Shown here: positions 1-8,300 of the stretch, piece after piece
Layout of the letters: each line of letters opens with the position of its first letter
How positions within the stretch are numbered: the stretch's first letter is position 1
Source of the DNA: Anaerolineae bacterium
GTDB lineage: Bacteria > Chloroflexota > Anaerolineae > S140-20
Assembly (NCBI GenBank): GCA_027021705.1
Contig: JALUTT010000182.1
Location: 1-20,999 of the forward strand
Reading direction: 5' to 3'
Length of the DNA stretch: 20,999 nt
Made by a program: the position numbers and the translations under genes
Notes under the pieces: generated by a model
Told to the model about the DNA's origin: nothing
Databases searched by the model: none
Seen by the model: only the letters and a program-made list of their open reading frames with translations

Positions 1-3000
1 GGCGGACCAGTCGTCGAGGTGGAGGGTGATGAGGTCTGAGGTCTGAGGTCTGAGGGATGAGGTCGGCGGTCTGAGGGCTGAGGGCTGAGTGACGAGGGCT
101 GCCTCAGTCCTCGGTGCCTCATCCCTCGGTGCCTCAGTCGCCTCATCCCTCGGTGCCTCGGTCGCCTCATTCCCCGTTGCCTCTTCCCTCAGTGCCTCGG
201 TCGCCTCAGCCCCCGGTGCCTCGGCCACTTCAGCGCCCCGGCCGTCCACCAGCAGGACGGTGACGCCGGCGTCCTGGAGCATGAAGGCGAGGCGCTGGGG
301 GGGGTAAGCGGGGTCGAGGGGGAGGTAGGCCGCGCCGGCCTTGAGGACGGCGAGGAAGGCGATGATGAGGTTGGGGGAGCGGTGGAGGCGAAGGCCGACG
401 AGGGAGTCGGGGCCGACGCCGAGCTTCTGGAGGTGGTGGGCCAGTTGGTTGGCGCGGCGGTTGAGTTCGGCGTAGGAGAGGTGGATGTCGCCGAAGGCGA
501 TGGCGGTGGCGTGGGGGGAGCGGCGGACCTGGTCCTCGAAGAGGTGGTGGAGGCAGGCGTGGGGGCGTTCGAGGGCGGTGTCGTTCCACCGGACGAGGAG
601 TTGGTGGCGCTCGGCCTCGGTCAGCAGCGGCAGCTCGGCGATGGGCTGCTCAGGATCGGCCACGATCCCCTCCAACAGCCTTCGGAAGTGGCCGGCCATC
701 CGCTCGATGGTCGTCTCGTCGAAGAGGTCCGCGTTGTACTCGATGTAGCCGCTCAACCCCTCCGGCCCCTCGGCCATCGAGAGGGTCAGGTCGAAGGTCG
801 CCGTGCCCCGGTCCACGTCCACGGGGCGCAGGGTCAGGTCGGGCAGCTCCAGGGCTTCCAGCGGGACGTTCTGGAGGACGAACATCACCTGGAAGAGGGG
901 GCTGTGGCTCATATCCCGCTGCGGCTGGAGCGCTTCCACCAGCATCTCGAAGGGGAGGTCCTGATGGGCGTAGGCCCCCAGGGCGACCTCGCGGACTCGC
1001 TTCAGCAGCTCGGTGAAGCGGGGGTTGCCGGAGAGGTCGGTGCGCAGCACGAGGGTGTTGACGAAGAAGCCGATGAGCCCTTCGATCTCGGGCCGGTTCC
1101 GGTTGGCGATGGGCGTGCCGACGCAGATGTCCTCCTGGCCGGTGTAGCGGTAGAGGAGGGTCTGGAAGGCGGCCAGGAGGGTCATAAAGAGGGTCACGCC
1201 CTCTTCCTGGCTCAGCTCCTGGAGGGCCTGGGAGAGGTCCTGGGGCAGGGTGAAGGCGAAGGACGCGCCTCGGGAGGTCTGCACCGAGGGGCGAGGCCGG
1301 TCGGTGGGCAGTTCCAGCACCGGCGGGCTGCCGCTCAGTTGCTCTTTCCAGTAGGCCAGTTGCTTCTCCAGCGTCTCCCCTTGGAGCCACTTCCGCTGCC
1401 AGGCGGCGAAATCGGCGTACTGGATGGGCAGCTCGGGCAGCGGCGAGGGCTCGCCGGCGGCGAAGGCGGCGTAGAGGGCGGCGATCTCCCGGACGAAGAC
1501 GCCCATAGACCAGCCGTCGGAGACGATGTGGTGCATGGTGACGAGGATGACGTGCTCTTCGTCGTCCAGCTTCAGCAGTTGGACCCGCAGCAGGGGGCCG
1601 TGGGCCAGGTCGAAGGGGCGTCGCGCTTCCTCGCGGGCCAGCCGCCGGACCTCGGCCTCGCGCCGGGCCTCCGGCAGGCCGGTCAGGTCCACCAGGGGGA
1701 GGGGCAGCGGCTTCGGCGGGGCGATGACCTGCATCGGCTTGCCGCCCACGGAGGCGAAGGTGGTGCGCAGGACCTCGTGGCGGCGCACGATCTCGCTCAG
1801 GCTCCGCTCCAGGGCCTCTACGTCCAGCTTCCCGGTGAGGCGGACGGCCAGGGGAAGGTTGTAGAGGAGGTTGCCCGGTTCCAGTTGGTCCAGGAACCAG
1901 AGCCGTTGCTGGGCGAAGGAGAGGGGCAGGTCTCCGTCGCGGGGCACCGGCTCGATGGGCGGCGCTTCCAGGCCCGCCTCCTCCCGCAGGGCGGCCTCGA
2001 TCCGCTCCGCCAGCGCGGCGATGGTGGGGGACTCGAAGAGGTCTCGCAAGGGGAGCTCGACCTGGAAGGTCTCCTGGAGCCGGGAGACGACCTGGGTGGC
2101 GAGGAGGGAGTGGCCGCCCAGCTCGAAGAAGTTGTCGTGGACGCCGACCCAGTCCAGCCCCAGCACCTGGGCCCAGATCTCGGCCAGCCCTTCCTCTACC
2201 GGCGTGCGGGGCGGCAGATAGGCCGTCTCCAAGGTTGGGCGTTCCTCCAGGGCAGGGAGGGCCTTGCGGTCCACCTTGCCGCTGGGGGTGAGGGGCAACG
2301 CTTCCAGCACGACGAAGGCGGAGGGGACCATGTAGTCGGGCAGCTTCTCCTTCAGGAAGCGGCGCAGCTCTGTCACACCGGGGGCGGTCTCCCCCTCGGG
2401 CACGACGTAGGCCACCAGCCGCCGGTCGCCGGGGCTGTCCTCCCGCACGATCACGGCCACCTCCCGCAGGGCGGGGTGTTCTTCCAGAACGGCCTCGATC
2501 TCGCCCAGTTCGATGCGGAAGCCCCGGACCTTGACCTGGTGGTCAATGCGGCCCAGGAATTCGATCTCCCCGTCGGGGCGGAAGCGGACCAGGTCGCCGG
2601 TGCGGTAGAGGCGGGCGCCGGGGCGGTCGCTGAAGGGGTCGGGGATGAAGCGCTCGGCGGTGAGGTCGGGGCGGTTGAGGTAGCCGCGGCCGACGCCGAT
2701 GCCGCCGATGAAGAGTTCGCCGGGGACGCCGACGGGGAGGGGCTGGAGGTTGGGGTCGAGGATGTAGAGGGTGGCGTTGGCGATGGGCCGGCCGATGGGG
2801 GGGCCGTCGGGCTCCCGGTCGGCGCAGAGGTGCATCGAGGCACAGACGGTGGTCTCGGTGGGGCCGTAGGCGTTGAAGAAGTCGCGGCCCGGGGACCAGC
2901 GCTCGACCAGTTCGGGGGTGCAGGCTTCGCCGGCGGAGATGAGGGTTTCGAGGGTGTGGAGCCCCTGGTGAGGAAGGACGCGGAGCATCGAGGGGGGCAG

Positions 3001-5304
3001 GGTGGCGTTGGTGATGGCCTGGTCGGCGAGGAGGGCGGCCAGGTCAGGGGCGGAGGCGAGGGTTTCCCGGCGGGCGAGGCAGAGGGTGGCGCCGTTGGCC
3101 AGGGCCATAAAGGTCTCCCAGACGGAGGCGTCGAAGCTGAGGGGGGAGAACTGGAGGATGCGGGAGCCCGGGCGGATGCCGAAGGCGCGGCGCTGGGCGT
3201 CGGTGAGGTTGCAGAGGCCGCGATGGTGGAGCATGGTGCCCTTGGGCTTGCCGGTGGAGCCGGAGGTGTAGATGACGTAGGCCAGGTTGTCGGGGGTGAC
3301 GGAGGTCTCCGGTGGCGTGGTCGGCTCGCCGGCGAAGGTGGACCAGTTGTCGAGGCGGATGGCGGCTAGCGGCGTAGCGGCTGGCGTCTTAGCGGCGGTC
3401 TGAGGTCCGAGGTCTGAGGTCTGAGGTCTGAGGGATGCCTCAGCCCCCGGTGCCTCATTCCTCAGTGCCTCATTCGCCTCAGCCCTCGGTGCCTCGGTTG
3501 CCTCAGCCCTCGGTGCCTCGCTTGCCTCATCCCTCGTTGCCTCGGTCGCCTCAGCCCTCAGTGCCTCGGCCACTTCAGCGCCCCGGCTGTCCACCAGCAG
3601 GACGGAGACGGCGGCGTCTTGGAGCATGAAGGCCAGGCGCTCCGGGGGGTAGGTGGGGTCGAGGGGGAGGTAGGCGCCGCCGGCCTTGAGGACGGCCAGG
3701 ATGGCGATGACCATCTCGGGGGAGCGGCGGGTGGAGATGCCGACGAGGGATTCGGGGCCGACGCCGAGCTTCTGGAGGTGGTGGGCCAGTTGGTTGGCGC
3801 GGCGGTCGAGTTCGGCGTAGGAGAGGGCCTGGTCCTCGAAGGTGACGGCGATGGCGTGGGGCTGGCGGGCGGCCCAGGCTTCGACGAGGTGGTGGGCGCA
3901 GCGGTCGTGGTCGAAGTCGGTGGCGGTGGCGTTCCACCGGACGAGCATCTGCTGCTGCTCCGGCTCGGTCAGGAGGGGGAGCTCGGCCAGGCGCTGCTCG
4001 GGGTCGGCGACGATGGCCTCCAGCAGGGTCTGGAGGTGGCCCATCATCCGGCGGATGGTGTCGGCGTCGAAGCGGCGGGTCTCGTAGGCCATCAGCAGCC
4101 CCATCTGCCGGCCCGGAGCCACGGCCACGGTGAGGGGGTAGTTGGTCCGGGTGAAGACCGGGCCGGGCTCGATCTCCAGGCTGCCCTTCTGCTCCCGCAG
4201 CGCCTCGTCCACGGGGTAGTTCTCGAAGACCAGGATGCTCTCGAAGAGGGGCAGGTCGCGCGGCACTTCGCTCCAGCCCTGGATCTCGACCAGCGGGGTG
4301 TACTCGTACTGGCGCATCTCCACCTGGCGCTCCTGGACTTCCCTGAGCCAGGTGAGGACGGGGGCGTCGGGGCGCACCTGCACCCGCACGGGCAGGGTGT
4401 TGATGAAGAGGCCGACGATGGACTCAGCCCCCGGCAGGTCCACGGGCCGGCCGGAGACGGTGGCACCGAAGACGACGTCCTCCTCGCCGCTGTAGCGGCT
4501 CAACAGGAGCGCCCAGGCCCCCTGCACCAGCGTGTTGAGGGTCAACTGGTGCTTCCGGGCCAGAGCGTCGAGGGCTGCTCGGGTCTCGGCGGGCAGCAGG
4601 ATCCGCTGCATGGCGTAGTCGTCCTGGCCTTCGACCGGCTTGGAGCGGGCGAGGGGCGAATCCACCGTCAGCGGCGTCGGCGCGGTGAAGCCGGCCAACG
4701 TCTCCCGCCAGAAGGCCTCGGCCTCGGCGCGGTCCTGGGCCTGGAGCCAGGCGATGTAGTCGCGGTAGGGGCGGGCCGGCGGCAGCGAGATGACCTGCCC
4801 CCGGCGCAGGGCCTCGTAGAGGGTGAAGACCTCCCGGACGAGGATGGGTTGGGACCACCCGTCCATCAGCGAGTGGTGGTGGCTCCACACGAACTGATAG
4901 GTCTCCTCGGCGGTGCGGATCAGCGTCAGGCGGATCAGGGGGGGCTCCGCCAGGTTGAACCCCCGCTCCCGGTCGGCCCGGAGGAAGGCGGCCAGCCGCT
5001 CCGCTTGCTCGGCTTCGGGAAGCCCTCGCCAGTCCAGCTTTTCCAGGGGGAGCGGCACCCGCCGGTAGACCACCTGGAGGGGTTCTTCCAAGCCCTCCCA
5101 CAAGAAGGCGGTCCGCAGGACGGGATGCCGATCCATCACCTGCTGCCAGGCCCGCTCGAAGGCCGGCACGTCCAGGGGCCCCCGCAGGGTCCAGCTCGAC
5201 TGCTCGAAGTAGACGCCGGTCTCGGGGGCGTAGAGGCTGTGGAAGAGCATGCCTTGCTGCATCGGCGAGAGCGGATAGATGTCCTCGATATTTCTTGGGT
5301 CCAT
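1..5304 (-). CDS. NRPS-D, 3'-truncated by the window edge: C(DCL-type)-A1(Phe-type)-T-C(LCL-type)-A2 (N-terminal part only), >1768 aa
   Basis: Not in the ORF track. Manual translation from ATG 5304: MDPRNIEDIYPLSPMQQGMLFHSL...; YQFVWSHHHSLMDG (about 4860-4900); LAYVIYTSGSTGKPK (3241-3285); FDASVWE...NAYGPTETTVCA giving code DAWTIAAVCK (Phe); HDNFFELGGHSLL (about 2101-2139); second C and A2 region QRLAFMLQDAGVTVLLVD (about 245-300). All checked points, including both repeat inserts, are in the same frame down to base 1. Confidence 0.94.
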   Translation of the reverse strand, partial: MDPRNIEDIYPLSPMQQGMLFHSLYAPETGVYFEQSSWTLRGPLDVPAFERAWQQVMDRHPVLRTAFLWEGLEEPLQVVYRRVPLPLEKLDWRGLPEAEQAERLAAFLRADRERGFNLAEPPLIRLTLIRTAEETYQFVWSHHHSLMDGWSQPILVREVFTLYEALRRGQVISLPPARPYRDYIAWLQAQDRAEAEAFWRETLAGFTAPTPLTVDSPLARSKPVEGQDDYAMQRILLPAETRAALDALARKHQLTLNTLVQGAWALLLSRYSGEEDVVFGATVSGRPVDLPGAESIVGLFINTLPVRVQVRPDAPVLTWLREVQERQVEMRQYEYTPLVEIQGWSEVPRDLPLFESILVFENYPVDEALREQKGSLEIEPGPVFTRTNYPLTVAVAPGRQMGLLMAYETRRFDADTIRRMMGHLQTLLEAIVADPEQRLAELPLLTEPEQQQMLVRWNATATDFDHDRCAHHLVEAWAARQPHAIAVTFEDQALSYAELDRRANQLAHHLQKLGVGPESLVGISTRRSPEMVIAILAVLKAGGAYLPLDPTYPPERLAFMLQDAAVSVLLVDSRGAEVAEALRAEATEATRDEASEAPRAEATEAPRAEANEALRNEAPGAEASLRPQTSDLGPQTAAKTPAATPLAAIRLDNWSTFAGEPTTPPETSVTPDNLAYVIYTSGSTGKPKGTMLHHRGLCNLTDAQRRAFGIRPGSRILQFSPLSFDASVWETFMALANGATLCLARRETLASAPDLAALLADQAITNATLPPSMLRVLPHQGLHTLETLISAGEACTPELVERWSPGRDFFNAYGPTETTVCASMHLCADREPDGPPIGRPIANATLYILDPNLQPLPVGVPGELFIGGIGVGRGYLNRPDLTAERFIPDPFSDRPGARLYRTGDLVRFRPDGEIEFLGRIDHQVKVRGFRIELGEIEAVLEEHPALREVAVIVREDSPGDRRLVAYVVPEGETAPGVTELRRFLKEKLPDYMVPSAFVVLEALPLTPSGKVDRKALPALEERPTLETAYLPPRTPVEEGLAEIWAQVLGLDWVGVHDNFFELGGHSLLATQVVSRLQETFQVELPLRDLFESPTIAALAERIEAALREEAGLEAPPIEPVPRDGDLPLSFAQQRLWFLDQLEPGNLLYNLPLAVRLTGKLDVEALERSLSEIVRRHEVLRTTFASVGGKPMQVIAPPKPLPLPLVDLTGLPEARREAEVRRLAREEARRPFDLAHGPLLRVQLLKLDDEEHVILVTMHHIVSDGWSMGVFVREIAALYAAFAAGEPSPLPELPIQYADFAAWQRKWLQGETLEKQLAYWKEQLSGSPPVLELPTDRPRPSVQTSRGASFAFTLPQDLSQALQELSQEEGVTLFMTLLAAFQTLLYRYTGQEDICVGTPIANRNRPEIEGLIGFFVNTLVLRTDLSGNPRFTELLKRVREVALGAYAHQDLPFEMLVEALQPQRDMSHSPLFQVMFVLQNVPLEALELPDLTLRPVDVDRGTATFDLTLSMAEGPEGLSGYIEYNADLFDETTIERMAGHFRRLLEGIVADPEQPIAELPLLTEAERHQLLVRWNDTALERPHACLHHLFEDQVRRSPHATAIAFGDIHLSYAELNRRANQLAHHLQKLGVGPDSLVGLRLHRSPNLIIAFLAVLKAGAAYLPLDPAYPPQRLAFMLQDAGVTVLLVDGRGAEVAEAPGAEATEALREEATGNEATEAPRDEATEAPRDEAPRTEAALVTQPSALRPPTSSLRPQTSDLITLHLDDWSA
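25..234. repeat. Composite microsatellite cassette in the NRPS-D A2 loop (70 codons): 10 degenerate 7-mers (TGAGGTC/TGAGGGC, 30-99) plus a CCTC-core array of 7/8/9-nt units
   Basis: Read directly; encodes AEVAEAPGAEATEALREEATGNEATEAPRDEATEAPRDEAPRTEAALVTQPSALRPPTSSLRPQTSDLIT between VDGRG and LHLDDW. Confidence 0.9.
3361..3579. repeat. Composite microsatellite cassette in the NRPS-D A1 loop (73 codons): TAGCG 8+7 units x2, six TGAGGTC-type 7-mers (3394-3435), CCTC-core array
   Basis: Read directly; encodes AEVAEALRAEATEATRDEASEAPRAEATEAPRAEANEALRNEAPGAEASLRPQTSDLGPQTAAKTPAATPLAA. Confidence 0.9.
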
Positions 5305-5306
5305 AA

Positions 5307-5315
5307 CCTTCCCTT
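5307..5315 (-). promoter_or_regulatory. Probable Shine-Dalgarno-like purine tract (AAGGGAAGG) of NRPS-D
   Basis: Minus strand TAGGACAAGGGAAGGTTATG in the 14-nt gap after NRPS-C. Confidence 0.55.
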
Positions 5316-5318
5316 GTC

Positions 5319-8300
5319 CTATCGCTTGATCCTTGCCAGGAGCTTGTCCAGTTTTCGCTGATCGAGACCCGCCAGCGGGAAGTCGGAGGGGGTGACGCCT
5401 CCCGCCTCGGGCGACCGACAGTGGGCGATGATGGCCCGCAGGGCTTGGGCGAAGTCCTGGGCCAGCCGCTCGATGGTGGACCGGCGGTGCAGGTTCTCGC
5501 TGTAGGTCCACTCCAGCCGCAGTTGCCCGCCGGCGATGCTTCCGTTGATCTCCAGCAGGTGGCTGCGCTCCCCTCCCGCGCTGCGGTCGGGCCCTCGGGA
5601 CTCGCGGGCCGGGGCGAAGAGGGCTGCTTCGGGCAGGACCTGGTCCAGTTGCCCCAGGTAGTTGAAGCTGATCTCCGGTTGGGGCAGGGCGCGGATCTGC
5701 TGCCTCACCTCCTCGTCCTCGCAGAGGTAGCGGAGCAGCCCGTAGCCGATCCCCCGCCGGGGCACCCGCCGAAGCTGTTCCTTGACCGCCTTCAGCGCCT
5801 CGCCCGGCCCTCGGGCGTCGGTCAGGTCCAGCAGCACCGGGAAGGTGGTGGTGAACCAGCCGACGGTGCGGGAGAGGTCCACGTCGTCGAAGAGTTCCTC
5901 CCGACCGTGGCCTTCCAGGGCCACGAGGAGGGCGGGGGAGCCGGTCCACTTCGCCACCGCCTGGGCCAGCGCCGTGAGGAGGGCGTCGTTGATCTCGGTG
6001 CGGTAGGCGGCCGGCACCTCTTGCAGCAGGGCCTGGGTCTCCTCGGCGCTGAAGGTGAGGCCGACGCTGCGGGCCGAGGCTTCGGTGTTGACCCCGCCGG
6101 GGAAGTCCACGGGCAGCCGGGGGGCTCCCCGCCGGCCGATGGCGAGCCAGTGGGAGAGTTCCCGGCGGACCTCGTCGCTCTGGGCGTACTCGACCAGCCG
6201 CTGCGCCCAACGGCGGAAGGAGGTGGTCTTGGGCGGCAGGTGGGCCGGCTCGCCCCGGCTGAGCTGCCGGTAGAGGGTCTGCAAATCCTCCAGCAGGATG
6301 CGCCAGGAGACGCCGTCCACGGCCAGGTGGTGGATGACGATGAGGAGGCGGCCCGGTCGGTCCGGCCCCAGGTCGAAGTAGACGGCCCGCAGGAGGGGGC
6401 CGTGGGTCAGGTCCAGGCTGGCCTGGGCCTGGGCGGCGGCGGCTTCGATGGCGGGCCGGTGGTCGGGCTCCGGCAGGGCGGAGAGGTCGAGCCAGGTGAG
6501 GGGCACCTGATCGTCCGGCCCGGCGTTCACCTGCTCCCAGGCGACTCGTTCCCTCAGTGCCTCATCGCCTTGCACCCTCGTTCCCTCATCCCCCCGCCGC
6601 CGGAAGCGGAGCCGAAGGGCGTCGTGGTGGGCGAGGAGGTGGCCGATGGCCTGTTCCAGGGGGGCGGGGTCGAGGGGCCGGCGCACCTCCAGCAGGACGG
6701 CCTGGTTCCAGTGATGGGGGTTGGGCAGTTCCCGCCGGAAGAACCAGTGCTGGATGGGGGTGAGGGGAACCGGCCCTTCAACGATCCCCTGCTCGGCCTC
6801 GACGATCCGCCCGGTTCCGGCGAGGGCGGCCAGGCCGGCCACCGTGGGGGCCTGGAAGAGGTGGCGGGGGGTGAGGCGGAGCCCCGCCTGGTTGGCCCGG
6901 GCGATGACCTGGATGCTGAGGATGGAGTCGCCACCCAGCTCGAAGAAGTTGTCGTAGACGCCCACCCGCTCGAGGCCCAGGACTTCGGCCCAGATCTGGG
7001 CCAGGACCTCTTCCTCCCGGGTGCGGGGGGCGACGTAGGCCCCTTCCAGGTCGGGGCGGGCCTGGTCGGGGGCCGGCAGCGCCCGGCGGTCCACCTTGCC
7101 GCTGGGGGTGAGGGGCATTGCCTCCAGCACGACGAAGGCGGCGGGGACCATGTAGTCGGGCAGCGTTTCCTGGAGGAAGGTGCGCAGTTCGCTGACGCCG
7201 GGGGCGGCCCCGTCGTGGGGCGGCGGGACGATGTAGGCGACCAGCCGTTTCTCGCCCGGACGGTCTTCTCGCGCCAGGACGGCGGCCTCCTGGATGCGGG
7301 GGTGTCGGCGCAGCGCTACCTCGATCTCGCCCAGTTCGATGCGGAAGCCCCGGACCTTGACCTGGTGGTCAATGCGGCCCAGGAACTCCAGGGTGCCGTC
7401 GGGCCGGTAGCGGACCAGGTCGCCGGTGCGGTAGAGGCGGGCGCCAGGGCGGTTGCTGAAGGGGTCGGGGATGAAGCGCTCGGCGGTGAGGTCGGGGCGG
7501 TTGAGGTAGCCCCGGCTCACGCCGGTGCCGCCGACGCAGAGCTCGCCTGGGACCCCCACGGGCACCGGTCGTTGGTGGGCGTCCAGGACGTAGACGCGGA
7601 CGTTGGCGAAGGGGCGTCCGATGGGGACGTTGGTGGCCCCTTCGGGAAGGGGGGCGTCCAGCCGCGCCCAGGTCGCGGCGATGGTGACCTCCGTCGGCCC
7701 GTAGCCGTTGAAGAAGCGGCGTCCGGGGGCCCAGCGGGCGACGATCTCCGGCGAGCAGGCTTCCCCGGCCGACATCACGGTGCGCAGGGCTTCCAGCCCC
7801 TCCGTCGGGAGCATCTTCAGGACGACGGGGGGCAGGGTGACGGCGGTGACCTCCTGCTCCTGGAGCAGCCGGGCCAGGTCCGGGGTGGAGAGCAGGGCTT
7901 CCCGGCGGGCCAGGAGGAGTTCGGCCCCGGCCAGGAGCGTGGTGAAGACCTCCGCCACCGAGGCGTCGAAGCTGAAGGCGGCGAACTGGAGCACCCGGTC
8001 GTCGGGCTTGACCTGCACGTCTCGGTGCCAGGCGCGGACGAAGTTGCAGAGGCCGCAATGGTGGAGCATGGTGCCCTTGGGCTTGCCGGTGGAGCCGGAG
8101 GTGTAGATGACGTAGGCCAGATTGTCGGGGGTGACGGGGGCGTCCGGGTTGGTGTCCGGCTCGTGAGCGAAGGCGGACCAGTCGTCGAGGTGGAGGGTGG
8201 TGAGGGATGCGTGATGCGTGATGCGTGAAGCGTGATGCGTGAGGCGTGAAGCGTGAAGCGTGAGGCGTGAAGCGTGAAGCGTGAGGCGTGAGGCGTGAGG

